In this document: positions 14,202-26,575 of the stretch, one piece after another | Position numbering within the stretch: position 1 is the stretch's first letter | Layout of the letters: each line of letters begins with the position of its first letter | Assembly (NCBI GenBank): GCA_951406725.2 | Contig: OX597819.1 | Coordinates: 53,010,001 to 53,074,000 of the forward strand | Direction of reading: 5' to 3' | Length of the DNA stretch: 64,000 nt | Source of the DNA: Octopus vulgaris | Lineage: Eukaryota | The notes under the pieces: model-generated | What the model was told of the DNA's origin: nothing | Seen by the model: the letters and a program-made list of their open reading frames with translations, nothing else | Databases searched by the model: none | Position numbers and translations under genes: made by a program

Positions 14202-15350
14202 TCAGTAGTTAAGCGGGTCTTCGCGGCTCCCTTTCTTGAAAATTGGGCAGATTATCGCTGTTCTCCAGTCTGCAGGTATAACACCCGTCGCCAATGACAT
14301 ATTGAATAGTCGTGTTAAGGGCTCGCAGATGACCGGAGCCAACGCTTTGATAACCCGTGGGTGTATGCCGTCAGGGCCGTGACCCTTGTTGACATCGAGG
14401 CCTTGAATAACACGTTTGACTTGGTCCCGCGTGATGATCAATCGAAGCATTGGAGGTACCGATCTATCAAATGGAGGGGGTTCACGACCATCATCTTGTT
14501 TGAAAATAGTTGAAAAAGCCTCGGCAAATAATTGACTCTGTTGATAAGGGTCCTCAATCGATACGCCTGTTGAGTCTACCAACGTTGCAATCTGGTTGTT
14601 CAAGCGGGAATTCCGCTGGACATGGGCAAAGAAGGTTTTTGGATTGCTACTGGCATTTGCCGCGATTTTGTATTCATAACTGAAGCGTTCTTTCTTTTCA
14701 ATTTTCACGGCTCGGTCTCGTTGAGTTTTGTACACCTCAAAAGCTGCAGTCGAATCCAGATTTTTGAATTCAGCCCAAGCAATATCTCTGAGTCGACGTT
14801 CTCGTTTAACCTTCTTCGTCACCCAGGGCTTGTGTTTCTTCCTCTTGGGAAGTCCAACGGGAACTGCCTGGTCAGTCAAACAGATTACATATGCTTTGAG
14901 GGATGACCATAGTTCGTCAACTGAGGACAACGTCATCAGGGAACGCCAGTCCAGAAGCGCGGAAGCCTCGGTTAGAATTTCAAGATTAATTGCAGAGAAG
15001 ACTCTACGTGGCAGCGAAGTAATCGTGGGCGTGGAAAAAGTTGTGTGCATGACGAACTTCAGGACCGCATGATCACTCTTGGCAAGAGGGGCGCACACAG
15101 ATACGTCTGACACTGATCTTGGATAGCGGGAGAATACCAGATCTAGCATAGATGGCTGCTGCCCAGACCGATGCCTTGTCGGATATTCAACATGTTGCGA
15201 TAGAAAACAATCTTCAGCCACGTCAAGAAGGGCCTGGCCGAACCGGGAAGATGTTGTACAAATTGATGCGGGCCAATCGATCGTGGGAGCGTTGAAGTCG
15301 CCTAGTACCAAGCAGTCATGCGAAGCTGAAACGAATCTTATCGCTTCGAG
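14202..15350 (-). pseudogene. LINE ORF2 N-terminal segment (truncated APE endonuclease plus linker), ending at a premature TGA
   Basis: Frame is open from the truncation point (LEAIRFVSASHDCLVLGDFNAPTIDW) to ...PIFKKGSREDPLNY*. TGA at 14204-14202 sits at the Arg position of the conserved NYRP(I/V)SL motif. Confidence 0.9.
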
Positions 15351-15572
15351 TAGGCTTACAAAGAATAAGTCCTGGGGTCGATTTGCTTCACTAAAGGCGG
15401 TGCTCCAGCATGGCCGCAGTCAAATGACTGAAACAAGTAAAAGAGTAATTATAGAGATGTAACCAAATATAGTAAAGTATTTTGTTCAGTGCCCAAAAAC
15501 ATGACAGCTATTTCAACTATGACAATTTCAAATTCATTAAAAATATATCCTTAACTTTAAACAATTTTAACT

Positions 15573-15938
15573 TTATTACCTCCGTCTTAGCGAAGGTTGA
15601 GGTATTGTTTTCAGTTGTGTTTGTTTGCTTGTTTGTCTGTGGACAAGATATCTCAAGAACTACTAGATGGATTCGGATGAAACTTTCAGGTATGTTTGTC
15701 CTCGTGACTGATATGAACTGCTTAGATTTTGGGATCAATCTGTTACCAGACAAGGATTCTGGTTTATTTTTCTTTTTTTTTTTTTACTTAATTTTTGAGA
15801 GCAGTTGGGTTCATTTTTAGTATTCACATTTGTGAGAGCAGTCAAGTTTATTTCAGATATTCTCATTTTAAAAACCATCTCTGAGAGGACGTTGATGTTA
15901 CTTTGGTGGAGGTTTGTGTTCTCTGAGTGCTCTTGCTT
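15573..15938 (+). mobile_element. Helentron-associated non-autonomous element (HINE/DINE-1-like)
   Basis: TT-ATTACCTCCG..., internal (TGTT)n microsatellite, subterminal inverted repeat TGG(C/T)GGAGGT, and 3' hairpin-like CTCTGAGTGC before TT. Second copy at 55440-55819. Confidence 0.7.
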
Positions 15939-15982
15939 GATTTTACATCAGTTCTATAGTAAAATGTCCAAATAAATCATAG

Positions 15983-16290
15983 TGTGGCTGTGTGGTTAAG
16001 AAACTTACTTTGCAGCCATATGGTTTCAGGTTCAATCCCATTGCATAGCATCTTGGGCAAGTGCCTTCTATTATAACACTGGGCCTACCAATGCCTTGTG
16101 AGTGAAATCAGTAGGTGGAAACTGAGTGGAAGCCTGTCGTATGTGTGTGTGTGTGTGTGTGTATGCACACATTTGTGTCTGTGCTTGCCAGCATCCCCCC
16201 ACCATATGTCAACTAGTTTTTGTTTGTTTACATCCTCATAACTTAGCAGTTTAACAAAAGAGACCAACAGAATAAGTATTAGAGTTAAAT
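15983..16290 (+). mobile_element. Family A SINE, 3'-truncated
   Basis: Similarity to 12567-12845. Confidence 0.85.
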
Positions 16291-17439
16291 ACATTTCTAC
16301 ATCCATTTCATTTTTTCAAATCAGCAAAGACAGAACATTTTTGAAAAAGCTGAAGCTTTACAAACAGGATGCGTCTTCTAATTTAATCATTCACTCACAC
16401 AGAGTTATCAAATACACAGACTGAGACAGAGTAATTATTTTGCCTATGGACACAGTACAACATATACTATGAGAACTGAACATAACTTTCTCTCAATAAT
16501 TTACTTCAATACTAGTGTTATTCAAAAAATGTTAAAAATACCATGGAATGATTCTTGTACTGTGTTTCTCCTCACAACACCATGAATAAATAAAACAAAA
16601 TAACAAAGCAATTTGTAATATCGAATTAATCAGCTAAGTAGAAAATGCAATATGAAGGAAAGACGAATCTCAGACACTTCACAAATGGACAGCAAACTAC
16701 CACCAACTAAGTGACTTAAGTACCAAGTGGGTGGAATCAAAATTGAAACTAGAAACCATCTGGTCCTTAAGAGAATTCTCAATCAACTGTAATAGCTTTC
16801 AATGTGTATGTGTGTGAAAGAGAAAACAAAGAGAGAATGTCTGCATATGAACGAGATAAATATTCTATGATAATTGCAAGAAGGTTAGTATGTAAACTAT
16901 TACTCCTGTCAGCAGTTCATGTGAGAAGGCGAAGACACCTGATTCTTTCCATGGCCTTTTAGATAATCAGAGATGTGCAATATTGTTGCTCCATACTGTT
17001 TAGAATGTATGGAAAATATATTGCATCAGCACTGTCGGCATCATGCTGTGCATAATAAAAGAGAACGAATAATAATGGCAACAACCACACAGTGTATATA
17101 TTACATTTGATGGAAAATATTTGATGTTAAAATAGCTTTATACAAGGTAAAGAAAAACTAGAAAACAGAGCAAACATATATTACATACAAATATACATAT
17201 GTGCACACATCTGTTAGTGTATGTATTGATAGATACATTTATGTAGATAGAGACGCATAAACAATACACACGCATCGCATATATTTATATTTATATTTAC
17301 ATGCATGCATGAAAGTGTGCATGTATGTACACACATATAAATATATTCAGAGACAGACAGACAGACACACACATACACAGACAAATATCTAAATACCCAT
17401 TCATATACATACATAACACACACACACACACAATATCTT

Positions 17440-17790
17440 CATCATCATTGTTTTAATGTCCAGTTCCCATGCTTGCATAGCTGACGAAATTCACTGAGAC
17501 AGGTTTTTTTATAGCTGGATCCCTTTCCTGTCACCGACCCTCATCCGTTTCCAAGCAAGGTAATATTTTGCAGTGGCCAGGCATGTTTTTGCACAAGACT
17601 GGAAATGAATGATGCCATTTGTTTGATAATGACACACCCTTTACAACTATCATGTGATCCCAAGGTAAGAAGACACACATGTACATATACAAGGGGTTTC
17701 TTCCAGTTTGCATCCACCAGATCCACTCACACGGTTTTGGTCAACTCAGGGCTGTAAGTAGAAGACACTTGTCTAAGGGGCAACAGAGTG
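17440..17790 (-). mobile_element. Family A SINE, (GAT)n-tail variant
   Basis: Similarity to 2255-2680. Confidence 0.75.
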
Positions 17791-18938
17791 AGAATGTACT
17801 GGTGTTCAATTTAGAAAACTGCCCTTTAATGAATACCGCTAACTTCTAACCCAAGCATCATCTCACTACAGCCAACATAAATATAACCACCTTTCAGCGT
17901 CTTGAAGTGGTCTGTGACTAATCCTAAATAAATCTCCCATTTATGCTTAAGCACAACACAGCCGCATTGCTGATGAGATTAATTACGAACCTTATTATTG
18001 ATACTTTATAGACCAGTTGGTCATCATGGCGACATATGCTGTTTACATGAACTGATTTACTGAAAGAATGGGTGGGATGGAGAAGTGTTTCATATACATA
18101 TATATATGTGTGTGTGTGTATGTATGTCTGTCTCTTAGCTTGCAAGATACATACACACACACCACACACAAACACATATATATATATATAATGTCTCTTA
18201 GCTTGCAAGATACTCACGCACACACATATACACACACACACACACACCTAAGAGGGGTGAGCAAACTAAGGGAGGAAATACAATAACTATTAAGGAAGAA
18301 AATCCTATCTATAAGTAAGCAAAAATGCACAAAATAATTTTCCCACCCATTCAATTATATTTTTATTGTGCATGTGTGTGTATACAAACACACATGTATG
18401 TATGTATATATATATATATATATAAAACACATGACGCAAAGCCAGTCATCATTGGTTTTGTGTCATGTTTTCCGAACTAATCACTGAATCGAATATTAAA
18501 TTGTAACTACATAACCACAGACGGAGGAAGTAGCAAAACATGTGAAAAGAAAGTAATATAGAAGAGTGTATGTGCATGGTTGTGTGTGTGTGTACACACA
18601 CATCCTTTCAATATTCTTGATAATGATGCAAATATTCAAAAATAACTAGGAAACAAATGTTAATGGCAGTGCTGGGGTGAGGGTGGGAGAAAGACAAACA
18701 GTTAAAAGAAAAATTGCAACGTATTCCTAAAAACAAAATAAAAGCATAGGTCACTACAATACTGAGTTCAAATTGAGTTTGTAGCTAGTTTTAGGCAATT
18801 TCCTTACTAATAAGATGGCATAGGTACCGATATAAAAAATATTGGATTCATTTTAAGATTTGGGTCCATTATTGTAGTAGTAGCAGCAGCAGTAATAGTA
18901 GTGTTATCATTCAAGCATCACTATCTCTTCTGGGTTCT

Positions 18939-18972
<34 letters not shown>

Positions 18973-20010
18973 ACCCTAACGACAAAGTGTAGACGTGATA
19001 TGAGAATATAAATGCTTGGTTCCTACCATTTAACAAATAAAAGAGCTACATACAGGTGTGTGTGTGTGTGTGTGTGTGTAGGAATTTTAGCATGTGTATG
19101 CATATCTGAAGTGTAAATGATGAGCATGTGTGACTATGTAGATAACCAGTTTCAAATAAGCTCTAATTCAGAGATATGAAGAATCCTGATAATGTGCATA
19201 AACACACACAGACACATACATACAAGCATGCACAGGCACACAATAATAAATGCAAACCTAAAACCTCATGGATCTAATATGTCTAGAATAACAAAAAATA
19301 AAATTAGTTTGACTTATGAAAGACTCAATCTCCAAGTATATCAGTTACAATTTCCAGGGGTTATATTTTCCTTTCTTTCTGATCCCTTAGGGTCAACACA
19401 GACACTTTATTAAAGGATTTAATCGGATTATTATCTTTCATCTGTTACATTCGCAAATAGTTCTCCACCTACATTTCCGTAACTTGCCCACCTCACTTAC
19501 ACTACCAATCACACATATTTGGTGACTCTAATCCACAACGACACTTTTCATTCTTCATTCACCTAAATTTTAGTCAAGCTTACAGATTTCTGTTAACCCC
19601 AGCTGTCATTTTTCTCAAAACCTACTTTTCTCTTATGAGTGCACCATACTAGTTAGTTAGTAGTCATGTAACAGTGGTTAAATATTCTCACATTTCTTAT
19701 AGGCCCACAAGGAATTCTAATCTGCTTGGTGTTATCAGCAATACTGTCAGAACTTCTTGTCAAATAGGTTACAAAGAACCAGATCAATCATGTCGGTAAT
19801 ACCACTAAGCTACTCTCTCCGTGCCTCATTTCCAATTCCATTTCCAAGATCAGTGTTAACAGCCAAAGTATCAATCAAAACCTTCATGAATGTAACCAGC
19901 TGAATCAGCCACAGTAATAACATTTTAGATAAGCACTGATTTATATAATTGTATACACACACACACACACTTATGATAAAGATGATGATAATAATAATAA
20001 TAATAATAAC

Positions 20011-20049
<39 letters not shown>

Positions 20050-20069
20050 AAGAAGAACAACAACACCCA

Positions 20070-20455
20070 ATTTTCAATGTTCACACAGCTCAGGTGGGAT
20101 TTATGGAGTCAGATGATCTTCCTGCTGCCAACCCTCTTCTCTTTCCTCAAGATTAGACATGTTTTCACAAAGGACACCACATGCACGGCAGTGATACTTA
20201 TTTACAACCATCATGTAATGTCAAGGCAAGAAGACACTAAAATACACACACACACACATATATGTACATACATGTGAGAGAGAGAGAGAAAGTGGGGGGA
20301 CATCTTTCAGTTTCCCTCTAACATATCCACTCAGAAAGCCTTGGTTGACCTGGGGGCTACAGCAGAAAACTTTTCTCAAGGTGCAACACAGTGGAACTGA
20401 ACTCGAACCTTATGGTTGAGAAACAAACTTTTTGACCATACACCATACTGCCTCA
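20070..20455 (-). mobile_element. Family A SINE, diverged
   Basis: Similarity to 2255-2680. Confidence 0.7.
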
Positions 20456-20649
20456 GACCTATAATAGAGAGAATCCTTTAAAATGGAGTCTATGGGTATC
20501 TAACATCTGAAAGGAATCCTAATCTTCTTAGAAGAGTTATTGAAGCATTGATTCAATGCCTCAGAGTAGCTGTTCCAACTCTCAGCACTTTGAGTTCAAA
20601 TTCCACCTAGGTCAACTTTGCCTTTCATCCTTCCAAAGTCAAAAAATAA

Positions 20650-20910
20650 GCATCATGCTAAGGATGATAGATTGGTGGAACTGTGCAGGTGCTGGTACCA
20701 CATAAAAAGAATCCATGCTGGTGTGATGTAAAAAACAGCCAGTACACATTGTAAAGTGGGTGGTGTTGTGAAGAGCATCCAGCCTTAGAAACAATGCCAG
20801 AGCAAACAACTGAACCTGATGCAGCTCTCCAGTTCACCAGCTCCTGTCAAACCATCCAACCCACACCGACATGAAAAATGGATGTTAAATGATAATGATG
20901 ATGATGATGT
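20650..20910 (+). mobile_element. Interspersed retro-repeat (family D) with ...GTTAAATGATGAT tail
   Basis: Related copies at about 40750-40922 (+) and 59132-59300 (-). Tail shared with the (GAT)n family A variant. Confidence 0.65.
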
Positions 20911-22249
20911 ATGTGTGTGCATGAGTGTGTGTGTGTGATACTACCTCTTTGCCCTGACATGTGATAGTTGTAAATAGGCATCACCATAATGCAAGTGTGT
21001 CCATTTCCAGTATTCTGTGAAAACAAGTTTGATCATGGGAAGTATTGCTTAACTTGGAAACAGATAAGGGTTGGAAATAGGACAGGCTCCAGCTACAGAA
21101 AACTCACCTCAACAAATTCCATCTGACCTATGCAAGCATAGAAAAGTGGACATTTAAACAATGGTGATGATAATGTTGGTTTATTATCTCAGGGAATAAT
21201 AAGAAAGGGCTATAGGGGGGAAAAAATGACTACTAAGTACATAAAAAGCTTATGAGAACTAGCACTAAGTCCCAGTTTTTTTATGCTAAAATGGAGATAA
21301 ATAAAATCACCCCTAAATCAAATGCCACTCCGTCTTTGTTGAGAGACAATGACAGTAGTGATAATAGTCATACTTGCAAAGGTGAGTATCCTCATTCAAA
21401 ATCAGATAAACACATTACAAATAAATTTATATCTATGTTTGAACATCACCAAACCTACTTCTAGTTTCCAAAAACTACAGTTAACAAAGTCTTTCAATGA
21501 AAAGCCAACCAAGTTATAAACAAACATGTTTATTTGCCTAAGTTATTTCAATATAAGATCGCTGTAAGACCTTCTAAGTGCTGCAGATGTTACCAGATAT
21601 ATAATCTATCAACTAACATGAACTGGCTACACACAATATAGAAACACTTAATAATAGAGTGTCAAAATAGCTTTCAGAGAAATCACTTAAACACATACAA
21701 ACACATGTAAACTGCAAATGTGTGTGTGTTTCTTATAGGATTTTACGTAAGTGCATGTAAGCAATTTAAACATTTTATGATAATCAATAAATATTCAAAT
21801 TTAATTTCAAAACCTTCAAAATATTTGCTACCACATTCTCCTTTCTCTTTTTCCTCCTTCTCTCCCACCTCATGCCCTCCCACCCTCTTTGTATCATACC
21901 CCCCTCCTCCCTCTCTTTCATGTATTCACACATACAGGTAGTTTGTCTTGCTCCCATTGGGATAAGTAAATAAATTGGAAATCGATTTTAACAAGGAAAA
22001 ACAGTAAAAATAATGATCTGTTAATCAGTGTCTATGTTACAGTAGAAAATAGGAAAAAGCATTGTGCATGACTTTTCATAATAATGGCGATTTCATGAAA
22101 CCTCAAGTAATGTAAGCAGACAGAAAGGACTGTTACATTCATATTCTTCCCAAGAAATGGCTTTTCAGTGACACATGAGAAGTAATTCTGAATGGGGAAA
22201 ATAATTAGCCCCCAATAACCAACAACTTCACCACAATGCTGGTAAATAA

Positions 22250-22865
22250 TAATTTTCTACTATAGGCACAAGGCCTGAAATTTATTGGGGGGGGGGGGTT
22301 AAGTTGATTACATTAACCCTGGTATTTGAGTGATACTCTATTTTGTTGACTTTGAAAGGATGAATGGAATTTGAACTCAGAACAAAGGGAACAACAATAA
22401 ACACTGCTAAAAATTTTCTGAAACATTCTAATGATTCAGCCAGCTCATATATTATTATCTATCTATCTATCTATCTATCTGCTCAGTCGAAGTCGACTCT
22501 CAGTTACTCGTTGGATCAGTGTCCTCCAGTCAGTTCTATCCTGGGCTGCTTCTTTCAGATTGGCTATGTCCATTCCGGTATCACTCTTGATGGTGTCAAC
22601 CCAGCGGGTTCTTGGTCGGCCTCTTCCTCTCTTGCCACTGACCATATAATTCTTTATACTATAGGCACAAGGCCTGAAATTTGTTGGGGAGGGTCCTAAT
22701 CAATCACATCGACCCTAATGTTTGACTAGTATTTAATTTATCAACTCTAAAAAGATGAAAGGCAAAGTCGACCTCAGCAGAATTTGAACTCAGAATGTAG
22801 AGGCAGACAAAATGCCGATAAGCATTTTGTCCAGCTTGCTAATAATTCTGCCAGCTTGCTGCTTA
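22250..22865 (-). mobile_element. Two family B SINEs flanking an RTE fragment
   Basis: Copies at about 22250-22445 and 22650-22865 with the family B core and tail. Confidence 0.8.
22456..22645 (-). mobile_element. RTE-clade (BovB-like) LINE 3' end with (GATA)n tail
   Basis: Minus translation VSGKRGRGRPRTRWVDTIKSDTGMDIANLKEAAQDRTDWRTLIQRVTESRLRLSR*, the canonical RTE C-terminus. Confidence 0.85.
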
Positions 22866-23669
22866 AATTTAATAACAACAACAATAGAAATAATAAAGAA
22901 AATGAAACATGAGGGCATCTGATTAAGAACCAGGCTGCAGGAGAGTTCATCATCTGGAATCAAGCTTTCATTCCCAGCTGAAGCTGTTTCACTTTATCTC
23001 ACTTATACCACTAATAATCTAACTTTTCCCTAAAATCTGAGTTCCTGTGCCTAATCAAAAGGAATTGTTATTGTAATTATCATCATCATCATCATTATTA
23101 TTATTACTATCAATATCCTCATCCTCATCACTACTACTACTACTACTGATGCTACTACTACTTTTATCATTATTTTTAATGAGATAGACAAATTAATTAA
23201 AATTTTCTTTCTGTTTTATTTTGATAGAAAGATCGGAAAATGGTGACCCTTCCCACTGAGAACTTCAAATCACTGAACCTAGAGCCATTTAAAATTTACA
23301 ATACACATTAGTGGCAGCAAATATTTCATTAGCCATGGTTCACAGAAGGAAGAAGTTCAGTTATTCTATTAGTGAACACAAAAACAAAAATAATAATGAT
23401 AATAAGAGCAATAAACAAAATGAAGAGAGGATACACAAGGCAAGAGAGAATAATAAGGATGAAAAATATAAAAACAAAAAGAAAAAAAAACCCACACTGA
23501 TTGAACATGCTTTGAATAAAGATAAAGAATTTACAAACACTAACAGCTTTGTTTTTTTGTTTTTGTTCAGAGAAATTGTATTGAAAAAAGGAAGAAATAA
23601 AGGAAGGAAAACAGAAAATATAATAGAATATGGTTAATTTAGTCAATCCTATTAATATGTGAAAATATC

Positions 23670-23732
23670 ATACATACACAGACACAGAAATGGACATACA
23701 TGTTTTATACATGTGTGTATGTAAATACATAC

Positions 23733-23801
<69 letters not shown>

Positions 23802-24052
23802 CACAACACACACACACACATATGTGCATGTGTGTAAGAGTGTATGTATGTATGTGTTTGAGTATGTCTGTTAGTGTGTAAAAGTAGTAATATATGTGTA
23901 TGTATATAAACACATCTGAGCATAGATGTACATATACACACATGTATGAAGATATATGCATGCATATACACATAATCACCATGATGACACACACATACAT
24001 ACACACACATATATATACATATATATATATATATACACACACATATATATAC

Positions 24053-24087
<35 letters not shown>

Positions 24088-24176
24088 CATACATATATAC
24101 ATATATATATATACATATATATATATACACACACACTATATATATATATATATATACATATATATACATACACACA

Positions 24177-24220
<44 letters not shown>
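23670..24220. repeat. Compound (TA)/(CA)/(CATA) microsatellite block
   Basis: Direct inspection. Source of many spurious YI/HT ORFs. Confidence 0.95.
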
Positions 24221-25718
24221 AGATACATGCATCTACCCACATGCATTTCTGTGTGTGCACTCGCACACAAGCGCATAAATACAAGTGAAGCTGAGGAAAC
24301 AGTAACAACAAATTAAAAAAAAAAAAAAGGTTTTGAGCAAAATTTAAACACAAGCAGGAATAATATTAATGGTGTCAATGATTATGGTGCTGCTGCTGGT
24401 GATTGGTTTCATCATCATTTTATTTTTCTCTTCTCCTCTCTATGCCAATTAATATGTTTGCGCTGAACAGATAATGTTAAAGTGATGAGCATATATAACA
24501 AAATTAAGTAAATATGTAAGATTTTTATATCTCAAAGAAAAACAACAACAACAAAAAAAACACACTGTTATTTTGTTGTTATAGTTTTTGTTCTTTTTCT
24601 TTCTTCCCCCCTCTCTCCATATTTCTTTTCTTGATATATTTTAAATTTATTCCTCGTTCATCTAAAACATAGAGATCTTTAAACAAAACAAATATCAAGA
24701 ACAAAAACATGATGATGATGATGATGATGATGATGATAATAATATTGGTAATAATAATAATGCTTCCCTCCCCTTCCACTTCACACACACAAAAAAAAAT
24801 CAATCAATAAATAAACGAATTAACGAATAAAACTACAGAGAATCCTATCGTTTGAGAAAGAAGCTAAGACTCAAAATGCTGACGTGAACATGCAAAATAA
24901 GGCATGTGTGCAGTGAAGAATAATAATTCATAGGGTGTACTTGTCTAGAGAATTGGAAGTAGTTATAAATATTTATTGAAGCTGGAAATTATATGTACAC
25001 ATACATGTACACACATAATATAATCAATCATACATACACACGCAAGAATGTTTTTTTTTTTTTCACTCAAGTTCAAAATAAATTGTTTAATGATAGTTTT
25101 GCCATGTTTAATAAATAGAGAAATTTCTTATCAGAAAATAAATAAAATGAAATACAATAATAACAAAACAAAACAAAAAGAGAAATAGAAAGTAGGCAAA
25201 AATATGAGGAACAAACAGTGTGTGTGTGTGTGTGTGTATGTGTGTGTGTGTATATGTGTGTGTTCTGTAACTTTAAGAAACCAGAGCCTGATATGGATTT
25301 TATTGAGTTTCAGTGAGGTGGAGAATAGAAAGACTTAAGGAATAAATATGGACAGAGCCAGTGTATAATTTAACACATCCAGGATGTTAATGTTTCCACA
25401 CCAGCCCTACCATATTTAAATTCTCTTTACTCAATTTCCTCTTTTTTTGTTTTTCCATATTCCTTGTAATACAAAAATATTAGTCCAATCAAAGCTGCCT
25501 CTATCATCTATGCTTGTCCGTCGATGAACCCATCTGTTTGTGTTTCTGTCTCTCACTCACACAATACACAAGCATATGCACATATATAAATATGTATATT
25601 TGCATAGACACACGGACACACTCTCTCTCTCTCTCTCTGCGAATGGTTATATATATATATAATTTCATTAATATATACATCAACCTTTGAATTTGTTTTC
25701 TCTCCTTAATTTTTATAA

Positions 25719-25767
<49 letters not shown>

Positions 25768-26361
25768 CAAACACACATTTACACCCACATACACAAACAC
25801 TCAAATATAGAGAACAACTCTCTCGTTTCTCCCAAATACTGACCATGCATACACAAGCAAATACACACTTGCCCAAATTCACAGAACCATTCATGTTCAC
25901 TACAAATATATACATACACACATGCAAACATGTACACAATGAGAGAGATCAACATAATAAATCCAGTCAATTGTTTGAGTTCTGTCCCTTAAATATCCTT
26001 GATATACACAGACAAAGACTCGAGATTTAACAACAATTTTGATACTGTGCTGCTTGTTTGTGTCTTTGTTTCTCAGATACAGAAAGATGACTGATTACAG
26101 AAGTGGGTAATAATGTTCCAGAGGATTCTTAGAAAGACTCTTGCAAGATGTTACTCCAGAGTTGTCCAGGAAACAAGTGCCATACTACTCTTCCTGTTAA
26201 AGCAGTCATTTTTCGAACATCTGACAACTACTTAGGAAACTAATTAGGTTTCAGTTGACAGATGGAAAACTATTTGCATGGTAAGGTGTATGGCTGAGCT
26301 AAAATATTATAGTTATGTTCTTTGCCATCATTGTTTTGTTGCCTATATCATTAGTGTAAAT

Positions 26362-26575
26362 AAGGCAGTGAATTGGCAGAATCATTAGCATGCTGAACAA
26401 AAGGTTTAGCAGCATTTTGTTTGTTGTTATGTTCTGAGTTCAAATTCCACCAAGGTCGACTTTGCCTTTCATCCTTTCAAGGCCAACAAAATAAGTACCA
26501 GTTGAGCACTGAGGTTCAGTGTAATTGACTTGTCCCTTCCCTAAAATTACTGACCTTACGCTAAAATTCAAAACC
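26362..26575 (+). mobile_element. Family B SINE
   Basis: GGCAGTGAATTGGCAGAATCATTAGC head and GGTCGACTTTGCCTTTCATCC core. Confidence 0.85.

Larger units (their letters stand above)
12843..15350 (-). mobile_element. 5'-truncated CR1-clade non-LTR retrotransposon (LINE) with (AACT)n 3' tail
   Basis: ORF2 with APE endonuclease C-terminal motifs (VLGDFN, PTRHR, LDLVF, SDH) and RT motifs (DFAKAFDSV, GVPQGSVLGPLLF, LFADD). CR1-type C-terminus (LERVQRLATRMV, RRRRGDLI, RGH..KL, WNKLP). About 65-nt 3'UTR with stem-loop CCATGT/ACATGG (12898-12915) and tandem tail 12843-12871. Sharp rise in GC and CpG versus flanks. Confidence 0.95.
12567..15448 (+). mobile_element. tRNA-derived SINE (family A) split by the CR1 insertion (12567-12845 and 15349-15448)
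   Basis: Pol III A/B-box head (GTGGCTGTGTGGTAAG...GGTTCAGTCCC). The two halves join to match the intact copy at 62270-62678. Perfect 17-bp TSD TTATAGAGATGTAACCA at 12550-12566 and 15449-15465. Confidence 0.92.

Noticed and set aside
12912-15072. Plus-strand ORFs of 173, 87, 94 and 114 aa
   Set aside because: Antisense shadows of the GC-rich LINE ORF2.
17970-17995. CTGATGA...GAAC hammerhead-like core
   Set aside because: Lacks GAAA and stems I-III do not form. The CTGATGA at 36692 and 6066 were rejected likewise.
23668-24353. Overlapping 63-156 aa ORFs (YI/HT/CV rich)
   Set aside because: Translations of dinucleotide microsatellites. The same applies to most short ORFs in the track.
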